64,000 bases of DNA. It comes from a virus. Lineage: Duplodnaviria; Caudoviricetes. The notes below the pieces were generated by a model. It worked only from the letters and a program-made list of their open reading frames with translations. It did not search any database and was not told where the DNA came from. Each line of letters opens with the position of its first letter. The first letter of the stretch is position 1. Of the stretch, positions 54,589 through 62,789 are shown one piece after another. The translations under genes were made by a program, and so were the position numbers. The stretch is taken from positions 5,115 to 69,114 of IMG/VR virus record IMGVR_UViG_3300025250_000043, one strand, 5' to 3'.

Positions 54589-55030
54589 GGGTCTGCTCCG
54601 TGGTAGAAATCTTGAAACGCGGGTTGATAAGGCCCCACGCCTTGATGATCTCGATCGCCTCGTCGAGGCTCTTCGCGATCTCGTATTCAAAGCCGGCCGC
54701 CTCGATCTCGGCGCGAAACTTGCGCTGATTGGGATTGGCCGACCCGGTCTTCGATTTGAGCTCCAGAAAGAACGTCCGCCCTTCGTGGAAAAACAGAAGG
54801 TCGGCGATGCCGTCCTTCATGCCCATCCGCTGAAGCTTTTTCAGGTAGCGGACCAGGCGGATGCCTTGATTGGGGACGTGCGCCATAACGACGCCAGGCA
54901 ACAACACGTCATCCAAAAGGGAGACGAGAGCGATATGAAGATCATCTTCCGGCCTCGCTCTCTTGGCCTTGCCGCCGCGCCCGGAGGCGCGACGGAGTTT
55001 GGTGAGTAGAGGGACACGCCGCCGCTTCAC
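54344..55030 (-). CDS. VRR-NUC-family nuclease
   Basis: GMKDGIADLLF...FLELKSKTG....NQRKF; 3' extension overlaps next gene. Confidence 0.85.
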   Translation of the reverse strand: MKRRRVPLLTKLRRASGRGGKAKRARPEDDLHIALVSLLDDVLLPGVVMAHVPNQGIRLVRYLKKLQRMGMKDGIADLLFFHEGRTFFLELKSKTGSANPNQRKFRAEIEAAGFEYEIAKSLDEAIEIIKAWGLINPRFKISTTEQTLVSRSVSKRGTAISRRSDSASAGSEGEALRPPQVGQCAAGANPRGGLPSGEGGDQAGTDRGPAPRAGTPRLRYQPGNSARD

Positions 55031-55039
55031 CGGCCGCCC

Positions 55040-55420
55040 TCATGCAGCGGCGACGTTGCTCCCGTAAGAGCGCGCCATGCCCGTGTCTTCAGCCGCACGG
55101 CCAACACTATGAGCCGCCAGCACGATATTCCGATCAGTCGCATTCAAGCCTTCCTCGCTTAAGGCCGCCCTTGCTTCGGACATGAGCGCGGCTCCGGCTT
55201 CCTGGCATTTGCGCCGGTAGACCTCGTCGAGCTTCAGAACCAAATCGTAGGCGATGGATTTCGGAGGCCGGAATTTCAGGTTCCAAAGCAACTGGTATGG
55301 AAGCTTTTCCGAGCGAGAGATTGAACGCATTGCGTTTTCTTTCCCGCAAGCCTCCAGAGTATCGACTATGTCGACCAGCTTTTTGGCCTTTTGTACGGCC
55401 TCGTTAATATATTGTTTCAT
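55040..55420 (-). CDS. Hypothetical (possible HTH) protein
   Basis: 126-aa ORF in early leftward operon; AGGAGG RBS. Confidence 0.7.
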   Translation of the reverse strand: MKQYINEAVQKAKKLVDIVDTLEACGKENAMRSISRSEKLPYQLLWNLKFRPPKSIAYDLVLKLDEVYRRKCQEAGAALMSEARAALSEEGLNATDRNIVLAAHSVGRAAEDTGMARSYGSNVAAA

Positions 55421-55632
55421 TTAGATAACCTCCTGCTGTTTTAGCAAAGACATTTTTCTTACTCGCAAGCGAAACCATGACACATTCGCTTTGTTCACGG
55501 AGTAGAAAGAAATGTCTTGGGAGCCTATCGGTGACGCTGTTACGCTTATTCTTACCGACTTAAAGAAACGCCGTCTGGCGTCCCCCGCACCCTTACCGCT
55601 CGCGGAAGTCCCGTCCGCGAACGTAGTACCGT

Positions 55633-55914
55633 TTAGACCATGCCGAGAGCGGCCTTGTAGAGATCGAGAATGCTCTCTTCTTCCTGCCGTTCAGCTTGGT
55701 CTTTTTTCCGAAGGCGAACGATGGTCCGAATAGCCTTCGTATCGAAGCCCGTGCCTTTTGCTTCGGCGTAGACATCCTTGATGTCTTCGCCGATCGTTTT
55801 CTTTTCTTCCTCAAGGCGTTCGATGCGCTCGACAACAGTCCGAAGCTGTCCGGCGGCGACTGTTTGGCTTGTCGCGTTATTGTCGTCGGTTGTCGAATTT
55901 GAAGTCCCGTCCAT
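55633..55914 (-). CDS. gapR: GapR/DUF2312 nucleoid-associated protein homologue
   Basis: [48 protein letters not shown]...EE..LDLY. Confidence 0.93.
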   Translation of the reverse strand: MDGTSNSTTDDNNATSQTVAAGQLRTVVERIERLEEEKKTIGEDIKDVYAEAKGTGFDTKAIRTIVRLRKKDQAERQEEESILDLYKAALGMV

Positions 55915-56010
55915 TTCAAGTTTCCTTTTCCAGTGGTAGGCTTGCGCCCGTTTTCGTCCTGTGGAAGAGCGAAGTCGGGCCGAGAGAGATTTACACAAAC
56001 GTTGCCCTTT

Positions 56011-56028
56011 TGACAATCGTTTTTGTCA
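56011..56028. promoter_or_regulatory. 18-bp operator between gapR and cI
   Basis: TGACAA-TCGTTT-TTGTCA. Confidence 0.75.
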
Positions 56029-56057
56029 AGGCTCATGACAGAAACAAGGAGAATTGT

Positions 56058-56777
56058 GTGGGGGCGAACTTGGAGACGAAGGTTTTGAGGCAAGAGAGTG
56101 TAGGCGAGCGCGTCCGTCGCGTGAGGGAAGCGGCAGGGTTGAGCCAGCGCGCACTCGCCAAGATTGTCGGCACATCGCAACAAGCAATTCAGGCTTTAGA
56201 AATTAAGCCTGAAGGGGGCTCATCCCACTTGGTAGCAATAGCGCAAGCATTGGGTGTGTCGGCCGAGTACCTGTGGACAGGTGACGAAAAATCGTCGCAA
56301 GCAAATTTTCGTGATGACGAAAGGGGAAGCTCTAGACTAATAGGATTGTCAGGGCGGGCTCCGGTCATCGGGTCCGTTGGTGCTGGACTCTGGAGAGAAA
56401 CACAAGTGAACGCGCTCGCTGCGTCAGGCGAAGAAATCCCCTATTTGCCGACGAAAACAAACAACGGGATACCTCAATACGGGTTGCGGGTTGAAGGCAA
56501 CTCCATGAACAAAGTCGTCCAGGCGGGTGAATTTGTCTCCATTTGCCTCGTTGAAGATGGCGCGCGTTTTTACACTAATGATATCGTCGTCGTCGAAAAG
56601 TGCAGAGCCGGCTTATATGAGACGACTCTAAAGCGCCTCAAGAGAATGACTGAGGACACGCTTGTCCTGGAGCCGGAGAGCACCGACGAGAGCTTCACGC
56701 CCTTGATTATGAAAAAGGAAGGCGACGAGGAAGTCCGCATAGTCGCGGTTGCAATCGGAAAATACGCGCCCTTTTAA
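56058..56777 (+). CDS. cI: CI-like repressor (XRE HTH + S24 peptidase)
   Basis: LSQRALAKIVGTSQQAIQALE; GLRVEGNSM; TLKRL; GTG start after AAGGAG. Confidence 0.9.
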   Translation: MGANLETKVLRQESVGERVRRVREAAGLSQRALAKIVGTSQQAIQALEIKPEGGSSHLVAIAQALGVSAEYLWTGDEKSSQANFRDDERGSSRLIGLSGRAPVIGSVGAGLWRETQVNALAASGEEIPYLPTKTNNGIPQYGLRVEGNSMNKVVQAGEFVSICLVEDGARFYTNDIVVVEKCRAGLYETTLKRLKRMTEDTLVLEPESTDESFTPLIMKKEGDEEVRIVAVAIGKYAPF

Positions 56778-56781
56778 CGGG

Positions 56782-56828
56782 TGACAAAATTTTTTGTTGA
56801 CATTAAAGTCTGACAAGTTATGTTGTCG
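56782..56828 (+). promoter_or_regulatory. Rightward early promoter with two 18-bp operators
   Basis: TGACAA-AATTTT-TTGTTG 56782, TTGACA 56797, TGACAA-GTTATG-TTGTCG 56811. Confidence 0.8.
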
Positions 56829-56876
56829 GCGTTCACGGAGAACGCCCACATGACCTACCACGTCGGAACGAACTGA

Positions 56877-56912
56877 AAAAAGCCGGCCTCCAATCCGTGA
56901 GGCCGGCTTTTT
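56877..56912. terminator. Bidirectional intrinsic terminator in early leader
   Basis: AAAAA-GCCGGCCTC-CAATCCGT-GAGGCCGGC-TTTTT. Confidence 0.8.
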
Positions 56913-56958
56913 CGTTGTGCGCGCTCTCCGTTCCTACCGCAAAACGGAGACAACCCTA

Positions 56959-57579
56959 ATGAAACATGATCACGACGAGTTCAAATTGCGCCTTCGCGTT
57001 GAGGCGGCAAAAACACTAATCGCGGATATGCGCGGCCAGCACGGCGCGGATATCTTCGACGGCGACGAAAGCTTCCTTGTCGATACGATCGAAGGCGAAA
57101 CCGGCCTGGTCGAGGCGATCGAGGCGGCCCTCGCCTCGCGTGACGAAGACCTGATTTTGCTTGCCGGCGTCGAGAAGCGAATTGAAGAGCTCGACGCGCG
57201 CAAGGCCCGGCTGAAGGCCACGGCCGAACGGAAGAAAGCAATCATTGAACGCGCCATGGTCGCGGCGGAGATCAAGACCCTTCCGCTCCCGATCGCCACG
57301 CTGTCGATCTCCAATCGCGCTCCCGCCTTGGTCGTAACCGAGGAAGCCGACATTCCGTCCAGCTACTTCACCGCGCCGCCGGCTCCGCCGCCGAAGCTGG
57401 ACAAGAACGCCGTTACAGCCGCCCTCCGCGCGCGCAAGGCTGCGCTCGACGCGGCTGCATCGATCGAGGATGCGGACGCCCGCAAGGCCGCGATCGAGGC
57501 GGCGAACGCCGCGCATCCTGCCATTCCGGGGGCCGAGCTCGACAACGGCTCCGTCTCTCTCGCAATCCGGGTGAAGTAA
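56959..57579 (+). CDS. Siphovirus Gp157-like protein
   Basis: LVDTIEGET...RKARL...ATLSISN..PALVVTEEADIP..YF...KLDK...IPGAELDNG. Confidence 0.85.
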   Translation: MKHDHDEFKLRLRVEAAKTLIADMRGQHGADIFDGDESFLVDTIEGETGLVEAIEAALASRDEDLILLAGVEKRIEELDARKARLKATAERKKAIIERAMVAAEIKTLPLPIATLSISNRAPALVVTEEADIPSSYFTAPPAPPPKLDKNAVTAALRARKAALDAAASIEDADARKAAIEAANAAHPAIPGAELDNGSVSLAIRVK

Positions 57580-57580
57580 C

Positions 57581-58561
57581 ATGAACGCCATAGCACAAAT
57601 CAATCAATCGCCGACGGCGCTGCACGCTCGCCAGATCAAGCTTGTGAAGGACACGGTCGCGAAGGACTGCAACGCGATCGAGTTCGATCTCTTTATGGAA
57701 TTCTCCGCGTCGATGGGCTTGAACCCGTTTCGCGGTCAAATCCTGCCGATGATCTTCAACAAGACCAACGCCAACAAGCGGCGCATGACGATGATCGTCA
57801 CGCGCGACGGCCTCCGCGTTATCGCCGCACGGTGCAAGAACTATCGCCCCGCGTCCAAGCCGGCGGATATCCTCTATGACGAAACCCTGAAGGGTCCAGG
57901 CAACCCGAAGGGCATCGTCAAGGCGACCGTCGAGCTCTGGCAACAGGACAACGCCGGTACATGGTGGCCGGTCATCGGCGAAGCTTATTGGGATGAATTC
58001 GCGCCGCTGAAGTACGCGCCGGATGCCTACGAGGAAACCGGCGAAACCTGGCCGGACGGCAACCCGAAAATGCGCCTGAAGGCCGGCATGGTTCCGTCGG
58101 TTCTCGACGCCGACGGCAACTGGCCGAAGATGCCTATCGTGATGATCACGAAATGCGCCGAGGCACAGGCCCTCCGCGCCGGCTGGCCTGAGCAATTCTC
58201 CGGCATGTATGCCGAGGAAGAAATGGACCGCGCCCGCGTGATCGACCAAATGGCGACGGCAAGCGAAGTCGTGGCGCAAGCCGAGGCGGCCGACCGGATG
58301 GCGAAGATCAATTCGACGCCTTCCATCATGGTTTGCTTCAACGGCCAAACGGCCGAACTGGAGGCTGTTCCCGTCGACAAGTTCGCCGACCGGGTTCTTG
58401 CTTGGACACGCGGTTGCGACGCCGACGCCATCGCGTCGTTTGTCCGGCGCAACACGATCCCGCTTCGCGAGTTTTGGGCGAGATCGCCGGGCGATGCCCT
58501 GGCGCTGAAGAAAGAGCTTGAACAGAAGGCCAAGGCCGCACCGAAGGCGCTTGTCCAATGA
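57581..58561 (+). CDS. bet: Single-strand annealing recombinase (Bet/RecT family)
   Basis: EFDLFM.......LNPFRGQI, VTRDGLRVIA, WPKMPIVMITKCAEAQALRAGWPEQFSGMYAEEEM. Confidence 0.92.
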   Translation: MNAIAQINQSPTALHARQIKLVKDTVAKDCNAIEFDLFMEFSASMGLNPFRGQILPMIFNKTNANKRRMTMIVTRDGLRVIAARCKNYRPASKPADILYDETLKGPGNPKGIVKATVELWQQDNAGTWWPVIGEAYWDEFAPLKYAPDAYEETGETWPDGNPKMRLKAGMVPSVLDADGNWPKMPIVMITKCAEAQALRAGWPEQFSGMYAEEEMDRARVIDQMATASEVVAQAEAADRMAKINSTPSIMVCFNGQTAELEAVPVDKFADRVLAWTRGCDADAIASFVRRNTIPLREFWARSPGDALALKKELEQKAKAAPKALVQ

Positions 58562-59130
58562 TCGAGCTCAATGACGAAGTGAAGGCGCGCGTTAGCGCCT
58601 TCACCAAAAACCCGCTTGCCGACCGCTGGAAGGCACCAAGGGCCGAGCGCGCCGAGCTTATCGGCGACCTGGCCGCTCACGACTACTCGGCGGCCGAAAT
58701 GGCTGTCATCTTCGGTTGCTCGCGCAATGCCGTCATCGGATTTGCCGACCGCCAGGGCGTCAAGCTTGGCGGCCATGAGAAGCACGCGACGACGCGCACA
58801 AGGAAGCGCGCCGAGCGGGCTCCCCGCCAGCCTAAGACGCGCAAGCGGATGAAATTCGGTCTGGAGATCGTCCCGAAAGGCAAACCGCTTCCCCAGGCGC
58901 CCCAACCGATCGCCGAAGACCCGAACGCGGTCTTGACGATCGCGGAGCGTCCGAACCGGGTCCATATCCTCGACGCCGAGCTCTCGCATTGCCGGTTCCC
59001 GCTCTGGAGCTCCGAGCGTAAGCCCGCCCTGGCCGAAATGTTCTTCTGCGGCGCAACCAAGGAAGACATCTTGAAGCCTTATTGCAAGGCGTGCGCGGCG
59101 TCCGGACTGACCTATAGGGCGGTGGCATGA
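58558..59130 (+). CDS. gcrA: GcrA cell-cycle regulator homologue
   Basis: SAAEMAVIFGCSRNAVIG; C-terminal CRFPLW...FFCG...PYC. Confidence 0.85.
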   Translation: MIELNDEVKARVSAFTKNPLADRWKAPRAERAELIGDLAAHDYSAAEMAVIFGCSRNAVIGFADRQGVKLGGHEKHATTRTRKRAERAPRQPKTRKRMKFGLEIVPKGKPLPQAPQPIAEDPNAVLTIAERPNRVHILDAELSHCRFPLWSSERKPALAEMFFCGATKEDILKPYCKACAASGLTYRAVA

Positions 59131-59609
59131 GCGGGAAAAAGAAAGCCGACGACAAGCCGTTTACGATGCTTCGCCGCGTCCCGAACGGCTTCGTTCCTCT
59201 CACCGCCTACGATCACGAAATGATCGAGCGCGTCCCGATGTTCGCCGACGTGCGCGCGGCCATCACCATGCCGCGCTCGCTCCCTCGCCATCGGTTCTAT
59301 TGGGTGCTTCTCGGCATTGTCGCGGAGAACCAAGACCGCTGGCGCACGGCGGAAGACCTTCACACCGCGATCAAGGTCAAGCTTGGCTATATCGAAGACT
59401 TCCACCTTATCGACGGAAGCCTCTTGATCCGGCCGCGCTCGACCAACTTCGACAGCATGGATGAGCTCGACTTCCGCGACTACTTCGACCGGGCGCTCGA
59501 AATCATCTGCACAGACATCATTCCCGGCCTCGACATAAGAGCATTGAAGGCCGAGGGCGAACGCAAGATCGGCAAGCCTCGAAATGACCGCTACCTATCG
59601 CACGCTTGA
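59127..59609 (+). CDS. DUF1367/NinB-like protein
   Basis: PRSLPRHRFYWVLL...PRSTNFDSMDELDFRDYF. Confidence 0.75.
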   Translation: MSGKKKADDKPFTMLRRVPNGFVPLTAYDHEMIERVPMFADVRAAITMPRSLPRHRFYWVLLGIVAENQDRWRTAEDLHTAIKVKLGYIEDFHLIDGSLLIRPRSTNFDSMDELDFRDYFDRALEIICTDIIPGLDIRALKAEGERKIGKPRNDRYLSHA

Positions 59610-60468
59610 CATTGAGACTTCGGGGACCGACCCGAAGGAACACGAAATCCTGCAAATCGGCTGGCGCGACGGCGCGGTCGACGGGAAGGCTATCGCCCTA
59701 GATCCTTTGTATCTGGAAACCTTCGTCCAGAACACGAAGCCGATCCCGATCGAAGCAAAGGCCATCCATCATATCAGCGAGGAAGACCTCGCCGTTGCGC
59801 CTCCGCGCTCGATCGCCATCGAGCGGATCAAGCGGGCAAGCCTCTACATCGCACACAATGCCGATTTCGAGGCTTCCTTCCTTCCGGAGCTCGCTCCGTG
59901 GGTTTGCACCTACAAGACCGCCCTACGCCTCGTCCCCGACGCGGCGAAGCACAACAACCAATATCTTCGCTACCACTTCGGCGTGGCCGTGAGCCGCGAT
60001 GAACGCGAGAGCCTATTCCCGCACCGCGCCGGCCCGGATGCCTATGTGACCGCGCCGATCTTCCTCCAGCTTTTGCGCCTGGCACCGCTGGAGGAATTGC
60101 TCCGGATTTCCGAGCTCCCGCCCCTCTTTAAGCGGTTCGCCTTCGGCAAGCACAAAGGCCAACCGATCGCCGACGTTCCGCTCGACTACTTCAACTGGAT
60201 CAATCGCGAGGGCGACTTCGACGCCGCCGTGCTGCACTCGATCGCGGTCGAGCGCGCCCGCCGGCTGGAGGGCGACCACGAAGCCTATTACACCCTGGCG
60301 TGCGCGGCGCTCGAAACGGCCGACAGCCGGCCCGCCCTGGTCGATTGGTGGAAGCGCGAAGAGCCGAACCGCTCAAAGCATTGGATGCGCGAGGGCGCGC
60401 CGCTCTATGACCGCCTCGTCGCCCGTTGCGCGGCCAAGACGGCGACCTTCGTCGCGGAGGCCGCATAA
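59584..60468 (+). CDS. DEDDh 3'-5' exonuclease (ExoX-like)
   Basis: LDIETSG, IAHNADFE, PHRAGPDAYVT, FAFGKHKGQPIADVP.DY. Confidence 0.88.
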   Translation: MTATYRTLDIETSGTDPKEHEILQIGWRDGAVDGKAIALDPLYLETFVQNTKPIPIEAKAIHHISEEDLAVAPPRSIAIERIKRASLYIAHNADFEASFLPELAPWVCTYKTALRLVPDAAKHNNQYLRYHFGVAVSRDERESLFPHRAGPDAYVTAPIFLQLLRLAPLEELLRISELPPLFKRFAFGKHKGQPIADVPLDYFNWINREGDFDAAVLHSIAVERARRLEGDHEAYYTLACAALETADSRPALVDWWKREEPNRSKHWMREGAPLYDRLVARCAAKTATFVAEAA

Positions 60469-60959
60469 TGACGATTGCCGTCCGCGAACCCGTGGCCGCG
60501 CCGCCGGCCGGCTACCGCCCGAAAATCAGCGTCAAGACCACGCTGGAGGCTTGCTTGCTTCAGGCCCGCTGCCCGGATTGCGGAGAGAAGCTTGGCGCGC
60601 TCGACAACATCCATCGCGACCACGTCCCGCCGCTCCAGATGCGCGCATGGGATGCGGAGGCCGGCGACACGATCCCGGCCGCGAACGATCCGAATCATAT
60701 CGTCCTACGCCACGCCGATTGCCACAAGGGAAAGACCTCCGGCGGCAAGACCAAGGCGAAAGCGCAAGGCGACGTGACGGAGATTTATCGCACGCGGCGA
60801 CTGGCCCAAAAACAGGCCGACATGCGCGCGCGAATGCTCGCCCGCACGGCCCCGGAGGAAGACACGGAGCCGCCCGACAGACCGCCGAAGCGGAAGTCAA
60901 AGTTCCCCTCTCGACCCTTCCAAAAGCGCCCTACCACGCTGAAACGGACAGACAGATGA
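60468..60959 (+). CDS. HNH-like nuclease
   Basis: CPDCG...HRDH.PPL...N.P......H..CH..KT. Confidence 0.75.
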   Translation: MTIAVREPVAAPPAGYRPKISVKTTLEACLLQARCPDCGEKLGALDNIHRDHVPPLQMRAWDAEAGDTIPAANDPNHIVLRHADCHKGKTSGGKTKAKAQGDVTEIYRTRRLAQKQADMRARMLARTAPEEDTEPPDRPPKRKSKFPSRPFQKRPTTLKRTDR

Positions 60960-61177
60960 ACAACACGGTCAAGCCTTCCAACATCGAATTTATCAACCGT
61001 AGCGAAGCCGCCAGGCGCGCCGGATGCGCACCGCAGCTTATCGACTACTGGATCAAGAAATACCCGGCGTTGATGCGCCATTGGGGTCCGGACGGCAAAG
61101 TCTACGTCGCCGCCAAAGCCCTCGACGGCATCATTGCCGCGCGCAATGCGCTCGCCGGAAAGGCGGTGGCACGATGA
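60956..61177 (+). CDS. Small HTH DNA-binding protein
   Basis: INRSEAARRAGCAPQLIDYWIK; CCTACCAC upstream. Confidence 0.7.
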   Translation: MNNTVKPSNIEFINRSEAARRAGCAPQLIDYWIKKYPALMRHWGPDGKVYVAAKALDGIIAARNALAGKAVAR

Positions 61178-61599
61178 ACGTCCGCCCTGCCTTTTGCGAT
61201 TATGACAAGACCACGCCTTTGCGGCTTGAGACGGCCGCGAAACTTGCCTATCCCGACGGGTCTATGACGGTCAAAGGGCTCCGCAAAGAGCGCGACCGTG
61301 GTCGACTTACCACCGAAATTGTCGCCAACAAGGAATACACAACCCTTGAGGCGATCGAACAAATGAGAGCTCTATGCCGCGCCCAGCCAAAGGCGCTCGC
61401 CTCCATTGGCGAGACGAATTCAGGAAGAAAGACGGGTCGCTCATCCACGCGGCCGGGTGGTTCATCTACGACGGCGACAAGCGATACAGCACTGGATGCG
61501 CTCGCGCTGACCTTGCAGAAGCTGAAAAACAACTCGCCGAGTACATCGCGAAAAGGCACCGGCCGACGCGCCACCGCCACCGTGATCCCGATCAAGTAA
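61174..61599 (+). CDS. Excisionase-like protein overlapping int
   Basis: PLRLETAAKLAYPDGSMTVKGLRKERDRGRL...YTTLEAIEQM. Confidence 0.7.
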   Translation: MNVRPAFCDYDKTTPLRLETAAKLAYPDGSMTVKGLRKERDRGRLTTEIVANKEYTTLEAIEQMRALCRAQPKALASIGETNSGRKTGRSSTRPGGSSTTATSDTALDALALTLQKLKNNSPSTSRKGTGRRATATVIPIK

Positions 61600-62600
61600 A
61601 GATCGCGGACGTTCTAAACGTCTATGGGTCGGAAGTTGCGCCAAACCACGCGAGGCCGAGCGAAACGGCCTCGCGCCTGGCCGCCATTGCTAAGTTCTTC
61701 GGCCGCCTCAACGTGGCGGACATCAACGGCCAGCTATGCCGCGACTATGTCAAGCAAGCCTCAACGACGTCGGCCACTCGTCGACAGCTTGAAGACCTTC
61801 GGGCCGCCCTGAAGCACTACTACGACGAAGGCTACGTGACCTCGATCCCGGCGATCGTGTTGCCGGAGAAATCCGTAGGGCGCCAGCGCTGGCTTACGCG
61901 AAGCGAAGCCGCGCGATTGATCCTGGCGGCCTGGCGCATGAGGCAAACATGGAAAGGCGTCGCCAGCGACCGCCGGACAGGCCAGCACGTCGCTCGCTTC
62001 ATTCTGGTTGCGCTCTACACCGGCACGCGCTCCGGCGCGATCTGTGAGGCCGCTATCCGGCCGACGGAGGGCCAAGGCTATATCGACCTCCAGCGCGGCG
62101 TCTTCTACCGTCGCGCCGATGGTGAGCGCGAGACGAAGAAACGCCGGCCGCCAGTGCGGCTACCCGATCGGCTGCTTGCCCATATCAGGCGATGGGCGAC
62201 GACGCCTGTTAGCATCAAGACGAAGGCGCGAGGCAAGAGCAAGACGATCGGCCGGATGATCGCTCACGACTTCGTCGTCGAGTGGCAAGGCCACCCCGTC
62301 GGCTCCGTTCGCAAGGCGTTCGAAACCGCGTGCGAGATCGCCGGCCTTGGCTGGTATGACGAAGATGGCAAATTCCAAACCGACGTGACGCCCCACGTCC
62401 TGCGCCACACCGCCGCGACCTGGCTCATGCAGAACGGAACCGACCTCTCGCTCGCGGCCGATTTCCTTGGCATGACGGAGGCGGTTCTCCGCTCGACCTA
62501 CTATCATCATCACCCGGATTTCCAGGCCGAGGCGGCGGAGAAGATCACCGCGAAAGCGCCGGCCCTGAAGGTGAAGAGCAACGTCGTTCGGATGCGCTGA
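61374..62600 (+). CDS. int: Tyrosine recombinase (integrase)
   Basis: YTGTRSGAI (R), KTK/K, TPHVLRHTAATW (HxxR), FLGM, YYHH (Y). Confidence 0.96.
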   Translation: MPRPAKGARLHWRDEFRKKDGSLIHAAGWFIYDGDKRYSTGCARADLAEAEKQLAEYIAKRHRPTRHRHRDPDQVKIADVLNVYGSEVAPNHARPSETASRLAAIAKFFGRLNVADINGQLCRDYVKQASTTSATRRQLEDLRAALKHYYDEGYVTSIPAIVLPEKSVGRQRWLTRSEAARLILAAWRMRQTWKGVASDRRTGQHVARFILVALYTGTRSGAICEAAIRPTEGQGYIDLQRGVFYRRADGERETKKRRPPVRLPDRLLAHIRRWATTPVSIKTKARGKSKTIGRMIAHDFVVEWQGHPVGSVRKAFETACEIAGLGWYDEDGKFQTDVTPHVLRHTAATWLMQNGTDLSLAADFLGMTEAVLRSTYYHHHPDFQAEAAEKITAKAPALKVKSNVVRMR

Positions 62601-62617
62601 GAACGGCCGGCGAACCT

Positions 62618-62637
62618 CCTACCGGATACCTACCGGA
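62618..62637 (+). repeat. Direct repeat CCTACCGGA x2 (candidate integrase arm sites)
   Basis: 62618-26 and 62629-37, 11-bp spacing, between int stop and att core. Confidence 0.5.
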
Positions 62638-62739
62638 AACGACGGAATAAATGTGGAACACCGGGCTTTGAACGGGACCGCGCCGAAGGCTGAAAGCCTT
62701 GAAAACCGGGCATTCCGGGCGATGCCGACTGGCTACAAG

Positions 62740-62789
62740 CCTCGTTCGGGACGAGGGGGTCGCAGGTTCAAATCCTGCCACTCCGACCA
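62740..62789 (+). other. att core: 3' 50 nt of tRNA-Pro(CGG)
   Basis: CCTCG-TTCGGGA-CGAGG-GGGTC-GCAGG-TTCAAAT-CCTGC-CACTCCG-ACCA; no D-arm or 5' acceptor strand upstream. Confidence 0.9.

Larger units (their letters stand above)
1..62789. mobile_element. Temperate prophage with contractile tail (left end outside window; right end at tRNA-Pro att remnant)
   Basis: Continuous phage gene set: tail tube/sheath/baseplate, capsid, portal, terminase, lysis, cI, Bet, integrase; tRNA 3' remnant just after int. Confidence 0.97.

Noticed and set aside
54344-54600. Functional C-terminal extension of VRR-NUC (and likewise of the holin, 43198-43360)
   Set aside because: Extensions are low-complexity read-through over the next gene's start with no motif; noted only as overlaps
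16456-60937. CCTACCAC repeats or promoter units as a CRISPR array
   Set aside because: Repeats are short, irregularly spaced and tied to gene starts; no constant spacer length and no cas genes
16456-60937. Reverse complement GTGGTAGG as a Chi-like recombination site
   Set aside because: Orientation follows the sense of each gene and spacing is fixed relative to SD/start codons, which Chi sites do not show
62720-62789. Intact tRNA-Pro gene
   Set aside because: Sequence 5' of the anticodon stem has no D-arm or acceptor strand; it is an att remnant
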